In this document: positions 12,689 to 23,425 of the stretch, piece after piece
Layout: each line of letters begins with the position of its first letter
Position numbering within the stretch: position 1 is the stretch's first letter
Assembly (NCBI GenBank): GCA_963727445.1
Contig: CAVSGI010000020.1
Location: 544,001 to 608,000 of the forward strand
Reading direction: 5' to 3'
Length of the DNA stretch: 64,000 nucleotides
Source: an uncultured delta proteobacterium
GTDB taxonomy: Bacteria > Myxococcota_A > Polyangia > Polyangiales > B10-G4
The notes under the pieces: model-generated
Seen by the model: the letters and a program-made list of their open reading frames with translations, nothing else
Databases searched by the model: none
Told to the model about the DNA's origin: nothing
Position numbers and translations under genes: made by a program

Positions 12689-12723
12689 TTGACTGAGTAC
12701 TCACTTGGTGAGTATGTACTCAG
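12689..12723 (+). promoter_or_regulatory. Promoter overlapped by nested palindromic TetR-type operators
   Basis: TTGACT 12689-12694; TGAGTACTCA 12694-12703; TGAGTA-TG-TACTCA 12709-12722. Confidence 0.75.
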
Positions 12724-12726
12724 CGA

Positions 12727-13368
12727 ATGGGTGAGTCGGTGCGCATGACGAGGGAGGAGCAGGCGGCGGCGTCGCGGAAGGCGATCATGGACGCGGCGCT
12801 GCTGCTCTTCGCGGAGCACGGCTTCGCGGGGACCTCGACTCGGCGTATCGCCGAGAAGGCGGAGGTCTCCGAAGGCCTCATCTTCCATCACTTCCCGACG
12901 AAGCAGGATCTGCTGAAGAGCATCGTCGAGGGGCGGCGGACGATGCCGGCGCTCGTGCAGTCGCTCCTTCGCGACAACCCCGACATGCCGATACGGGACT
13001 TCCTCCGGACGGTCAGGCAGGGCTTCGTGACCGCTCTGCGCCCGGAGCAGCCGGAGTCACGGCTCTTCCGCGTGATGCTCGGCGAAGCGCATCGCAACGC
13101 CGAGCTCTACGCCTTCGCGCAGGGCATCCAGCTGATGCTCCTCGAGACGCTGCGGACGTACCTCGAGGGACGCATGCGCGCCGGCGAGCTTCGCGCGGAC
13201 CTCGAGCCCATCAGCGCCGGTCGCACGCTCTTCGGTGGGTTCGTGCTCTTTTTTCTGCTCAATCACCGCCTCGACCCCGAGGACTGGGACGAGCAGGCGA
13301 CCGCGCATGCGCGCGGCGTCACCGACCTTTGGCTTCGAGGCGTGATCGCATCGACGGAGGACAGATGA
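12727..13368 (+). CDS. TetR/AcrR-family regulator
   Basis: IMDAALLLFAEHGFAGTSTRRIAEKAEVSEGLIFHHFPTKQDL. Confidence 0.93.
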   Translation: MGESVRMTREEQAAASRKAIMDAALLLFAEHGFAGTSTRRIAEKAEVSEGLIFHHFPTKQDLLKSIVEGRRTMPALVQSLLRDNPDMPIRDFLRTVRQGFVTALRPEQPESRLFRVMLGEAHRNAELYAFAQGIQLMLLETLRTYLEGRMRAGELRADLEPISAGRTLFGGFVLFFLLNHRLDPEDWDEQATAHARGVTDLWLRGVIASTEDR

Positions 13369-14402
13369 AGAAAGTCGTCGTCGTTTTGGTGGTGGTAACG
13401 GTCGCGCTCACCGCGACCATCGCGTGGAAAATCCGCGCGCAAGAACAAGAGGAGACGGGTCCCCCCACCGGATCAGGCGTGGTCGAGGGCGAAGCGGCCG
13501 ACGTCTCCTCCCGACTCTCGGCGCGCATCGCCGAGATCGCCGTGACCGAAGGGGACACGGTGGAGGCTGGGGCGGTGTTGATGATCCTCGATTGTGCCGA
13601 GCCCGAAGCGCGCCTCGCCGAGGCCGAAGCGCGCCTCGCGGCCGCCCGCGCACAGGCCCAGGGCGCCGGCGCGCAAGCCACGGCGGCGGTCAATCAGAGC
13701 CAGGCTGCGCGCCTGTCGATCGGCGCCTCGGGCGCCAACATCGCTGCCCTCGAGGCCCAGACGGCGATCGCCGAGCGCGAGGCGCACCGCATCGAGGCCA
13801 TGGGCACCCACGCCTCGGTCTCCCAGCGCGATCAGGCGCGCACCACCGCCACCCGCCTCGAAGCAGAGGCGCGCGCGGCCCGCGCGACCCGCACCGCGAC
13901 CGCACGGCAGGCCCGCGCCGCGCGGGCGTCGGCCACCGCAGCCGAGGCGCAAGCGGAGTCCGCCACGCAGCAGATCCTCGCCATCGAGGCCATCGTGCGC
14001 GCAGCGCAGATCACTGTCGCGGAGTGCCGGATCCTGTCGCCCCGCGCCGGCGTCGTGGAGCGCGTCTACTACGAGCCGGGCGAGCTGGTGATGCCTGGCT
14101 CGGTCGTGGCGCGCGTCGTGGATCCCTCCTTCGTGCGAGCGACCTTCTACCTGGCCAATCAGGATGTGGACGAGGCATCGGTAGGCGCGGGAGCGAAGGT
14201 GGTCGCCGATGCCTATCCCGACCGCACCTTCGACGCGACCATCCGCCGCATCGGGCTCGAGGCGGAGTTCACGCCCCGTAACATCCAGACGCGGACCGAT
14301 CGCGACCGCCTGGTCTTCCCGGTGGAGGTGCGCATCCCCAACCCGGACGGGCTCCTTCGATCCGGCATGCCGGTCACCGTCACCCTCGGGGGCTCGTCGT
14401 GA
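13365..14402 (+). CDS. HlyD/YbhG-type membrane fusion protein
   Basis: N-terminal TM helix, lipoyl half-motif VTEGDTVEAG, Ala-rich hairpin, AEFTPRNIQT. Confidence 0.9.
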   Translation: MKKVVVVLVVVTVALTATIAWKIRAQEQEETGPPTGSGVVEGEAADVSSRLSARIAEIAVTEGDTVEAGAVLMILDCAEPEARLAEAEARLAAARAQAQGAGAQATAAVNQSQAARLSIGASGANIAALEAQTAIAEREAHRIEAMGTHASVSQRDQARTTATRLEAEARAARATRTATARQARAARASATAAEAQAESATQQILAIEAIVRAAQITVAECRILSPRAGVVERVYYEPGELVMPGSVVARVVDPSFVRATFYLANQDVDEASVGAGAKVVADAYPDRTFDATIRRIGLEAEFTPRNIQTRTDRDRLVFPVEVRIPNPDGLLRSGMPVTVTLGGSS

Positions 14403-15310
14403 GCGCCATCGAGATCGCCGATCTGCATCGGAGCTTCGGCGACGTGAAGGCGGTCCGTGGCGTCTCGATCACCGTCGAGGCAGGCGAGCTCTACGGGCTG
14501 GTCGGCCCCGACGGCGCGGGCAAGACCACCACCATCGGCATGCCTCGCGGGCCTGCTCGCGCCGGACTCGGGCACCGCACGCGTCCTGGGCGAGGATCCC
14601 CTCGGCAGGAAGAGCCACGCCCGCGAGCACCTCGGCCTGATGCCCCAGGAGTACAGCCTCTACGGCGACCTCTCGATCGCCGAGAACCTCTGGTTCTTCA
14701 GCCGGCTCTTCGGCCTCTCGCAAGGCGGTGTTCCACGAGCGCCGCGAGCGCCTGCTCTCGATCACCCGCCTCGCGCGATTCGTCGACCGCCGCGCCGACG
14801 CGCTGAGCGGCGGCATGTACAAGAAGCTCGCGCTCGCCTGCGCGCTCCTGCACCAGCCGGAGGTGCTGCTCCTCGACGAGCCGACCAACGGCGTCGACCC
14901 GGTGAGCCGGCGCGAGCTCTGGGCGCTCATCTACGACTTCGTGCGCGACGGGATGGCGGTGCTTGTTGACGACGCCGTACATGGACGAGGCCGCGCGCTG
15001 CCACCGCGTCGGGCCTGATGCACGAAGGGCCAGATCGTCGAGCAGGGGGCGCCGGGGGACCTCACGGACCGCCTCGAGCACGAGGTGCTCGAGGTCGTCG
15101 GCGGGGATCGCGAGGCGCTTCACACGCTCCTCGAGCGGTGCTGACACGTGATCGTCGGCGTCGCCCGCCGGCGCGCGCATCCGCGTCGTTGTCTCGCCTG
15201 GGCGCGCGAGCGGACCTCGAGCGCGAGGTCCGAGCAAAAGGTGCGACCGCGCGGCGCGTTCCGCCAGACTTCGAGGACCTCTTCCTGGCGCGGGTGCGGA
15301 GCCGGCATGA
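14399..15310 (+). CDS. ABC transporter ATPase 1 (several +1 frameshifts, probably assembly errors)
   Basis: GPDGAGKTT, LSGG, LLLDEPTNGVDP, TPYMDEA spread over successive frames. Confidence 0.85.
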
Positions 15311-16252
15311 GCGAGCACGTCATCGAGGTCGCAGGCTCTCGGCAAGAAGTTCGGCTCCTTCGTGGCCGTGGACGACGTCTCCTTCCACGTCGAGAAGGGC
15401 GAGATCTTCGGCTACCTCGGCGCGAACGGCGCGGGCAAGTCCACCACCATCCGCATGCTCTGCGGCCTCCTCCCTCCGACGCGACGGCGACGCGGTGGTC
15501 GCCGGACATCGACGTCAGCGCGCGAGCCCATCGAGGTGAAGCGCTCCATCGGCTACATGTCGCAGAAGTTCAGCCTCTACCTGGACCTGACGGCCGAGCA
15601 GAACCTCGAGTTCTTCGGCGGCATCTACGGCTTGCCGGGGCGCGAGCTGACTCAGCGCCATCGAGGCCTCCATCGAGCGAACGGGTCTGGGCGAGCATCG
15701 AAAGGCGCTGACCGGATCGCTGCCAGGCGGTATCCGCCAGCGCCTCGCGCTCGCCTGCGCCCTCATCCACTCGCCAGAGATCGTCTTCCTCGACGAGCCC
15801 ACCGCCGGCGTGGACCCTGCCTCGCGGCGCGACTTCTGGCGCCTCATCCGCGAGCTCGTCGAACGCGGGCACCACGGTCTTCGTGACCACGCACTACATG
15901 GACGAGGCCGAGTACTGCGCGCGGATCGGGCTGATGGTCGACGGAGCGCTGGTCGCCCTCGACACCCCGAGCGCGCTCAAGAACGCAGTACGTCCCCGGC
16001 GTCACCCTCGCCGTCTCGGGCAAGAACCTGAGCGGGGCGATCCGAGGCGCTTGCGAGCTTCCGGGCGTTCTCGCCGCCGAGCCCTTCGGCGCGCGGGTCC
16101 ACGTCCGCTTCGAGGAGGGTCGCGAAGACCCGGAGGCGCTTCGCGCGCTCTTCTCGAAAGAGGCGCAGGGTGGATCGCATCGAGAAGGTCGACGCCTCCC
16201 TCGAGGACGTCTTCCTCGCCGTGGTCGCGTCGAGAGCGAGGAGGCGCGCTGA
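15307..16252 (+). CDS. ABC transporter ATPase 2 (several +1 frameshifts)
   Basis: [46 protein letters not shown] in successive frames. Confidence 0.85.
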
Positions 16253-17370
16253 TGCCGTTCCTCACCCGCGTCCTTGCGCTCGCTGCCAAGGAGGTCCGCC
16301 ACGTGATTCGGGACCCGCGCTCGCTCTACCTCGCGCTCGGGCATGCCGGTGGTGATGATTCTGCTCTTCGGCTTCGGGGTGAGCTTCGACCTCGACAACC
16401 TGCGGGTCGCGTTCGTCGACCGCGACGAGTCGGCGACGAGCCGGACCTTTCGCCAGCGCTTCACCGGCAGCCGCGACCTCGAGGACGCAGGGCTCATCGC
16501 CGAACAGGATGCGGAGCGCGCGCTCGTCTCGGGGGACGTGAAGGGCGTGGTGGTGATCGACGAGGGCTTCGAGCGAGCGCTGAGGCGTGGCGACGCCGTG
16601 AAGCTGCAGCTGCTCCTCGACGGCTCCGACAACAACACCGCGACCCAGACCCGCGCGCAAGGCCGAAGCGGCCGCACAGGTGATCGGCATGCAGCTCGCC
16701 ACCCGCGGTCATCGACGCCCATCCACCGATCGAAGCGCGCGTCTTCACCCGCTTCAATCCGGAGAACAGGAGCGCGGTCTTTCTGGTGCCCGGCATCGCC
16801 GCCTTCGTGCTGGCCATCGTCGCCGTGATGCTCACCGCGCTCACCGTCGCCCGCGAGTGGGAGCGCGGCTCGATGGCTCAGCTCTTCGCGACGCCGGTGG
16901 GCCGGCTCGAGATCGTGCTCGGCAAGCTCTCGCCCTACGTCGCCCTGGGCCTCTTGGCGGTGCTCCTGGTCATCGCCGTCGGCCTCTGGGTGTTCGACGT
17001 TCCCTTCCGCGGATCGGCGCCCACCCTGATGCTGCTCTCACTCCTCTTTCTGATCGGGATGCTCGGGCAGGGGCTGTTGATCAGCGTGGTCACGCGCAAC
17101 CAGATGGTCGCGACCCAGGCCGCGGCCATGAGCTCCATGCTCCCGTCGATCCTGCTGAGCGGCTTCGTCTTCCCCATCGAGAACATGCCGCGGATCCTGC
17201 AGGTGATCACGGTCATCATCCCGGCGCGCTACTACGTCGATGGGCTCCGCGGCGTGCTCCTCCGCGGCAACGGTATCGGCGAGCTGTGGCTGCAGGCACT
17301 CGCGCTCGCCATCTTCTCGACCGTCATGGTGGTCGCTTCCACCGCCCGCTTCCGGAGGACCATCGCATGA
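16252..17370 (+). CDS. ABC-2 permease, YbhS-like (frameshifts near 16340, 16657, 16709)
   Basis: KEVRHVIRDPR, LLDGSD, AREWERGSM, LSGFVFPIENMP. Confidence 0.85.
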
Positions 17371-18515
17371 GCCGTCACCTCGCGATGCTGAGCTCCATCG
17401 TGAAGAAGGAGATCCGTCAGACGGTGCGCGATCGTCGGATGATGGTGCTGCTGATCGTCGTGCCCGCGATCCAGCTCTTCGTCTTCGGAAGTGCGGTCAA
17501 CCTCGACGTGGACGACGTGCCCACCGTGGTGGTGGACTACGACGACACCGCGCTCAGCCGCGACAACCTCCGGCGCATCCTCGCTGACGGAACCCTGCAC
17601 GACGTTCGGCACACGCAGAGTATCGAGGACGCCCAGCGAATGCTGGAGACGGGTGAGGCGGCCGTGGTGCTCGTGATCCCGAAGGGCTTCGAGGAGGATA
17701 TCCATCGCGGCAGCGAGGCCACCGTCCAGGCGCTCCTCGACGGAAGCGACCCCAACCGCGCCAACGTCGCCGCCGGCGCCATCCGCGCGTACTTCCAACA
17801 GGAGGGCGAGGCGCTGGTGCGTTCCCGGCTCTCCCAGCGCGCCCACGCTCAGGGCGTGGCCTTGCGCTTCTCCTCCGTCACCACCGAGTCCCGTGTCCTC
17901 TTCAATCCGGAGCTGAAGACGGCGATCTACATGGTGCCGGGTGTCGCGGCGATGCTGCTCCTCATGATCACGACGGTCGTGTCCTCCATGGGCCTGGCTC
18001 GTGAGCGCGAGGTGGGGACCCTCGAACAGATCCTGGTCACGCCGGTGAGCAGCGGCATCTTCATCGCCGGCAAGATGCTCCCCTTCGCGGTCGTGGGTCT
18101 GCTCGACTTCGGTCTCGCCTTGATCGTCGGGAGCACCATCTTCGACATGCCGCTCCGAGGGCACATGTCGCTGGTGGTCCTCGGGACGTGTCTCTACCTC
18201 ACGACCACGCTCGGCATCGGCCTGTTGATCTCGACCCTCAGCCGCAGCCAACAGCAGGCCTTCCTGGGCGGCTTCCTCTTCATGATGCCGGCCGCACTGC
18301 TCAGCGGGATCATGACTCCGATCGAGTCGATGCCACACGCCCTTCAGGTGGTCACGCTCATCAATCCCCTCCGGCACTACGCCGAGATCCTCCGCGGCTC
18401 ACTGCTGCGTGGCGCTGGCTACGGCGACCTCTACCCGCAGCTCCTCGCCCTGTTGGTGATGGGGCTCTCCGTCTTCGGCTTCGCTGCCGCCCGTTTCCGT
18501 TCCTCGATGAGGTGA
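17367..18515 (+). CDS. ABC-2 permease, YbhR-like
   Basis: KKEIRQTVRDRR, AREREVGTLEQILVTP, LSGIMTPIESMP. Confidence 0.9.
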   Translation: MSRHLAMLSSIVKKEIRQTVRDRRMMVLLIVVPAIQLFVFGSAVNLDVDDVPTVVVDYDDTALSRDNLRRILADGTLHDVRHTQSIEDAQRMLETGEAAVVLVIPKGFEEDIHRGSEATVQALLDGSDPNRANVAAGAIRAYFQQEGEALVRSRLSQRAHAQGVALRFSSVTTESRVLFNPELKTAIYMVPGVAAMLLLMITTVVSSMGLAREREVGTLEQILVTPVSSGIFIAGKMLPFAVVGLLDFGLALIVGSTIFDMPLRGHMSLVVLGTCLYLTTTLGIGLLISTLSRSQQQAFLGGFLFMMPAALLSGIMTPIESMPHALQVVTLINPLRHYAEILRGSLLRGAGYGDLYPQLLALLVMGLSVFGFAAARFRSSMR

Positions 18516-18518
18516 AGG

Positions 18519-20018
18519 ATGACCGCGTACGAGAGATTGTCGCTCCTCCTCTTCTTTTCGCTCCTGCCGCTGCCGCAGGTCGCCCGCGCCCAGGAGGCCA
18601 CGCCCGAAACGGCGGCCGCGCCCGAAGCGTTTCCCGAGGTCGAAGCGCCTCCGAGCGACTTCGATCTGGTGGCGGTCCTCGCCGAGGGTCCCGCCCTGAG
18701 CGAGAGCGAGGCGGTCGAGCGGGCCCTGTCGACCTCGCCCGATCTGGACCGCGCGCGGGCGCTCGCCGACGCGGCGCAGGCCAGCGTCAGTCAGGCGCGC
18801 GCGAACATGCTCCCGCGCCTCGACCTGTCCGCGAACTACGTGCACGTCGACGGCTTCACCAACGGCTCGATTCAGGTGCCGGTATCACCCGACGCGATCG
18901 CGGCTCAGCGCGAGCTCGCCGCGATGGTCAGCGACCCCGCTGCCCAGGCGCTCTGGAACGCGCAGATCGCCGCGAGCGAGAGCAACACCGGCTTCAGCAT
19001 CTCGGTGCCCCGCAATCGCTACAACCTGGGGGCGCGGCTCAGCTGGCCTGTCAGTGACTTCTTCTTTGCGGTGATGCCGATGGTCGACGCCGCGGAGTAC
19101 GGCGCGACGGCGCGACAGCACGAAGAGGAGGCGGCCGAAGCGGGAGTGCGGCGCAGCGCGCGCGAAGCGTATTTGTCGCTGGTGCGCGCGCGAGGCGCGG
19201 CGGGGGTGGCGCGCGAAGCCCGTCGTCAGGCAGAGGCCCGCGTCGAAGAAGTGGTGTCCGCCGTTCGGGCGGGCTTTCTGACCACCGCCGACGAGCTGGA
19301 GGCAAACGCGCGGCTGGCCGAGGCTGATCAGGCGGTCGCGGCGGCGGAGGCCGGAGTGGAGATCGCCGACGCAGCGCTTCGCACGCTGATCGGCGCCGAG
19401 GACGGAGAGGTCTTCGGCGTGAGCTTCGAGGATCGCACGCCCGTGAACGTCGACTACGAGGAAGCGATCCGGAACCGCGCCGAGATCCGCGCGCTTCGAG
19501 CGCGCCTCGAGTCTCAGCGCTCCGCTTCGTCGGCGAGCGACGCATCGGGCTACCCGCACCTCGCGGTCTACGCGGGCGCCGACTACGGCAATCCCAACCG
19601 GTACCAGGTGCCGCCGACCGCGACCTGGACACCGAGCTGGGAGGTGGGGGCGAGCCTCACCTGGTCGCCGAACGACACCCTCGTCGCCGCGCATCGGGGC
19701 GACCAGCTGAGCGCCGAACAGCAGGCGACCGAGTCGCAGATCCAGAACGTCGAGCGGATGATCCGTCTCGAGCTCCGCCGTGCCGATGCGGAGCGGCGCG
19801 CCTCCGAGCGCGCCATCGAGGCCGCCGAAGCCTCGCTGGGCGCGGCCGAGGCCGCCTACGAGAGCCGACTCGCGCAGCTCCGCGTCGGCAACACCACCAC
19901 CGTCGCCGTCTTCGATGCGCAGCGCCAGCTCGACCGTGCCCGCCTCTCCCTGTTGGACGCGCGCGTCCAGCGCGCGCTGGCGAACGTGCACCTCGCCTAC
20001 GCCGCCGGCGTGCTTTGA
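18519..20018 (+). CDS. TolC-family outer membrane efflux protein
   Basis: Signal peptide ending ARA-Q, LPRLDLSA, helical Ala/Glu-rich OEP repeats; last gene of the exporter operon. Confidence 0.85.
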   Translation: MTAYERLSLLLFFSLLPLPQVARAQEATPETAAAPEAFPEVEAPPSDFDLVAVLAEGPALSESEAVERALSTSPDLDRARALADAAQASVSQARANMLPRLDLSANYVHVDGFTNGSIQVPVSPDAIAAQRELAAMVSDPAAQALWNAQIAASESNTGFSISVPRNRYNLGARLSWPVSDFFFAVMPMVDAAEYGATARQHEEEAAEAGVRRSAREAYLSLVRARGAAGVAREARRQAEARVEEVVSAVRAGFLTTADELEANARLAEADQAVAAAEAGVEIADAALRTLIGAEDGEVFGVSFEDRTPVNVDYEEAIRNRAEIRALRARLESQRSASSASDASGYPHLAVYAGADYGNPNRYQVPPTATWTPSWEVGASLTWSPNDTLVAAHRGDQLSAEQQATESQIQNVERMIRLELRRADAERRASERAIEAAEASLGAAEAAYESRLAQLRVGNTTTVAVFDAQRQLDRARLSLLDARVQRALANVHLAYAAGVL

Positions 20019-21665
20019 TCACTCGTCGAAGAGACCGAGCTGCTCCGCGGCCTCGTCTTCGGGAGGCTCCCAATCGAAGCGCGCCGCGAGCGCGTGGAGC
20101 GCGTCGAGCGAATCGGCTTCTTCCGCCTTCTTGTCGCGGCGCCAGCGCAGGATGCGCGGAAAGCGCAGCGCGACGCCGCTCTTGTGTCGTGTCGAGCGGC
20201 GGATCTGCTCGAAGCCGATTTCGAAGACCTGCAGAGGCTCGACGACCCGCAGCCGGCCGCGCCGTTCGAGGGTGTGCGCCTTGATCCAGCGGTCGAGCTC
20301 GTCGATCTCGGCGTCGTCGAGGCCCGAGTAGGCCTGGGCGACGGTGGTGAGCTCGTCGCCGTTCCACACGCCGAAGCCATAGTCCGTGAGGAGACTCGCG
20401 CGCCGGCCGTGCCCCGGCTGCGCATAGGTCATCACCACGTCCACGCTGAGCGGGTCGATCTTCCACTTCCACCAATCGCCCTTGCGGCGGCCGGCGTAGT
20501 ACGGCGAAGTGCGGCGCTTGAGCATCAGACCTTCGACCCCACGCTCTCGTGCGCGGTCGCGTTCCGCTTCGAGCCCCGCGAAGCTCGGCCGCTCGACCAG
20601 CTCGGAGAGTCGGAGCTCGTCCCGGTCGAGATCACGAACCAGGCGTTCGAGGCGCGCCCTTCGCGTCTCCCATCGTTGGTCGCGGACGTCCTCGCCGCCG
20701 TCTTCGAGCAGGTCGAAGGCGACGAGAACCACGGGCACCTGGCGCAGCACCTTGCGGGTCAGCGTCTTTCGGCCGATGCGGCGCTGAAGGGCGGAGAAGG
20801 GCAGGGGCGCACCGTCGGCGAAGGCCAACAGCTCGCCGTCGAGCACGGTTCCGGCAGGCAGGTGTTGCGCGGCGGCGCGGACCTCGGGGAAGCGATCCGT
20901 CACCAGCTCTTCGCCCCGGGACCAGAGGAAGACCTCCCCCTCGCGCACCACGGCCTGTGCGCGGATGCCGTCCCATTTCCACTCGGCGGCCCACTCCGAG
21001 ACGTCGCCCAACACCGATGGGTCGTCGTCGAAAGGATGGGCCAGGCAGAAGGGATAGGGACGCAATCCGTCGGCGGCGCGGGTGTCGGGGTCGACGAGCG
21101 CCGAGAAGCTGGCGGCGCTCGGTGCGAAGTCGCCCATCAGTCGGTGGGTGAGGACGTCGCGCCCGATGCCGGAGTGCTCCGCGAGCGCGCGCACCGCCAG
21201 GGTCTGGCTCACGCCCACGCGCAGCTCTCCCGTCAGCATCTTGTGCAACAGAAAGAGCTCGCGCGGCGGCTGCCTCCGCCACCACCCGCGGATCCGCTGT
21301 CGAACCTCGAGCTCGGTCGCGCCGCGTAGGGGCAGTATCTCCTCTTCGACCCATTCGTGTAGCGGCCGCACCTCGGGCGCTTCGTCGGTGCCCAAGACCA
21401 GGAGCGCCACCGTCTCGGCGAAGTCGCCCACCGCCGCGTAGCACTCGTCGACGAGCCACGGCGCGAGGCCCGAGCTCTCGAGGACGAGGGAGCGAAGCGC
21501 CCGCGAGCCAACGCAGCGCTTGAGCCGTCGCCCGGTCAGAAAGTAGAGCGCCCAGGCTGCGTCTTCCGGCGGCGCCTCGTCGAAGTAGGCGCGCATCGCC
21601 GCGACCTTGGCGTTGGTCGAAGTGGTCCCGTCGAGGCGGTCGTAGAGATCGGCGAAGAGGCGCAT
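20019..21665 (-). CDS. ATP-dependent DNA ligase
   Basis: EWKWDGIR, LDGE, FDLLE, EGLMLK, WWKWK, ALRFPRI; start MRLFADLY at 21665. Confidence 0.95.
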   Translation of the reverse strand: MRLFADLYDRLDGTTSTNAKVAAMRAYFDEAPPEDAAWALYFLTGRRLKRCVGSRALRSLVLESSGLAPWLVDECYAAVGDFAETVALLVLGTDEAPEVRPLHEWVEEEILPLRGATELEVRQRIRGWWRRQPPRELFLLHKMLTGELRVGVSQTLAVRALAEHSGIGRDVLTHRLMGDFAPSAASFSALVDPDTRAADGLRPYPFCLAHPFDDDPSVLGDVSEWAAEWKWDGIRAQAVVREGEVFLWSRGEELVTDRFPEVRAAAQHLPAGTVLDGELLAFADGAPLPFSALQRRIGRKTLTRKVLRQVPVVLVAFDLLEDGGEDVRDQRWETRRARLERLVRDLDRDELRLSELVERPSFAGLEAERDRARERGVEGLMLKRRTSPYYAGRRKGDWWKWKIDPLSVDVVMTYAQPGHGRRASLLTDYGFGVWNGDELTTVAQAYSGLDDAEIDELDRWIKAHTLERRGRLRVVEPLQVFEIGFEQIRRSTRHKSGVALRFPRILRWRRDKKAEEADSLDALHALAARFDWEPPEDEAAEQLGLFDE

Positions 21666-22681
21666 CAGGTGAGCTTCTCTTCCTCTGGCTCGCCGACGTA
21701 CCGGGTCGCGAGCGCGCGAGCGTCGAAGCCCTCTTCGTGGAGATAGCGCGCGAGGGGCGCGGCGTAGCCGTGGGTGAGGCGAATGCGTCGTGCGCCCGTC
21801 TCTCGGATGGTCGCGACGAGGGCGGGCCAGTCCGCGTGGTCGCTGATGACCAGACCGAGATCGACGGCGCGGCGGCGACGTGGGCCCCTCAGGCGCATCC
21901 ATCCCGACGCAAAGGCGATGGTGGCGCCGCCGAAGCGCTTCATGAAGGGTGAGCCGGCGGCGCTCGGCGGGGCCACCACCAGCGCGCCCGGAGACTTCTT
22001 TCGCTTCTCGAGGGAAGCGGCCTTCGTGGTGTCGGGGAGCGACACCCCGGCCTCGCGGTAGAGCGCGGTGATCGATTCGACGGCGCCGTGGGTGAGGATC
22101 GGACCCGGGAGCTCCCCGTGAGCCGCGAGCATCGACAGCAGGCGCTGCGCCTTTCCGAGGGAGTAGGCGAACAGGACCGTGGGCCGGCCCGACCGAGCGG
22201 CGTCCTTCCACGCGCCCAGGAGGCGGCGCAGCTCCTCTTCGGGATCGGGCCACCGATAGATCGGTAGCGCGAAGGTGGCCTCCGAGACGAAGGTGTCGCA
22301 GGCGACCACCTCGAAGGGGGCGGTGGTGGGATCGCGGTCACGCTTGAAGTCGCCGGAGACCACCCAGACCTCTCCGTCCACCTCGACGCGCACCTGGCTC
22401 GCGCCGAGGACGTGCCCCGCGGGATGCAGCGAAACGGTGGCGTCCCCCAGGACGAAACGCTCGCCGTAGCCATGGGCCACGATGCGAGCCTCGTCTCCGA
22501 GGCGCTTCTGCGCGATGGCGGCGCCGGGTGCCGCGCAGTGATAGACGCCCATCCCCGGGCGCGCGTGATCGGCGTGGGCGTGGGTGACGACCGCCACATC
22601 CGTCGCCGCCCAGGGGTCGATGTGAAAGCCGCCGCGCCGAACGCAGAGCCCGCGCTCGTCGACCTGAACGAGCTCTTTCAC
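21665..22681 (-). CDS. Ligase-associated DNA-damage-response exonuclease (MBL fold)
   Basis: IDPW, THAHADH, PAGHVLG, SGDFK, EATF, YSLGKAQR, SDHADW. Confidence 0.9.
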   Translation of the reverse strand: MKELVQVDERGLCVRRGGFHIDPWAATDVAVVTHAHADHARPGMGVYHCAAPGAAIAQKRLGDEARIVAHGYGERFVLGDATVSLHPAGHVLGASQVRVEVDGEVWVVSGDFKRDRDPTTAPFEVVACDTFVSEATFALPIYRWPDPEEELRRLLGAWKDAARSGRPTVLFAYSLGKAQRLLSMLAAHGELPGPILTHGAVESITALYREAGVSLPDTTKAASLEKRKKSPGALVVAPPSAAGSPFMKRFGGATIAFASGWMRLRGPRRRRAVDLGLVISDHADWPALVATIRETGARRIRLTHGYAAPLARYLHEEGFDARALATRYVGEPEEEKLT

Positions 22682-23404
22682 GTTCGGGTGGCGATGACCA
22701 TCACGACGCGGTGATAGGGTCGTGGGAAGAGACCGCGAAGCACCCGGACCTCGAAACCGGCGGCGCTCAAGAGGCTTTCCGCGCGGGGCAGCAGGAAGGT
22801 CAGGTAGTACATGTGGAAGGGCGGAATCGAGCACAGCGTTGCGCGCGCGGATGGCGGCGTTGAAGCCCCGCGCCATCCAGTAGCCGGGCCGCAGCATGGA
22901 GGGACGGTCGCCGGTGACGAAGGCGAAGCGACCCCCGGGACGGAGCGCGCGCCGGACGTTCTGGACGAAGCGCGCTTCGTCTTCTTCGAGGATGTGGCCG
23001 AAGGCGCCGAAGCTCACGGCCAGCTCGAACTCCTCGCTGAACGGAAGGGCGAGGGCGTCCGCGCGCTGCAGACGGAGCGCGGCGTCACCCGGGGCATCGA
23101 CGAGGCGTCGCTCCGCTTCGTCGAGCATGCCGCGGCTCACGTCGACGCCGACGATCTCTTCGCGGCAGAGGGGGCGAAGCACCCGCATCGCTGCCCCGGT
23201 GCCGCAGCAGATGTCGAGGGCGCGCTCCACCGAGCGCGGTCCACCGAGGCGCGCCGCGACCCGCTCGAGGATCGCGTCCGGCGTACGGAAGGGCGTGTGA
23301 TCGAACTTCGGTGCGAGGAGGTCGTACCCGCGTTCGGTCGACGAGAGCGCCTGCTCGGCGAGCTCGAAGAAGGTCGGCCCGTCCGGGTGAAACATCGGGG
23401 CCAT
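22678..23404 (-). CDS. Class I SAM methyltransferase (one +1 frameshift near 22830)
   Basis: ALDICCGTG; after the shift reads PPFHMYYLTFLLPR...VMVIATRT*, with the stop overlapping the exonuclease GTG. Confidence 0.8.
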
Positions 23405-23425
23405 CGTAATGGCCGCGCCCGCGGA

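Noticed and set aside
21665..23404. Apparent 579-aa methyltransferase-exonuclease fusion
   Set aside because: Removing one base near 22830 gives a natural methyltransferase C-terminus whose stop overlaps the exonuclease GTG; the fusion is most likely a frameshift artefact
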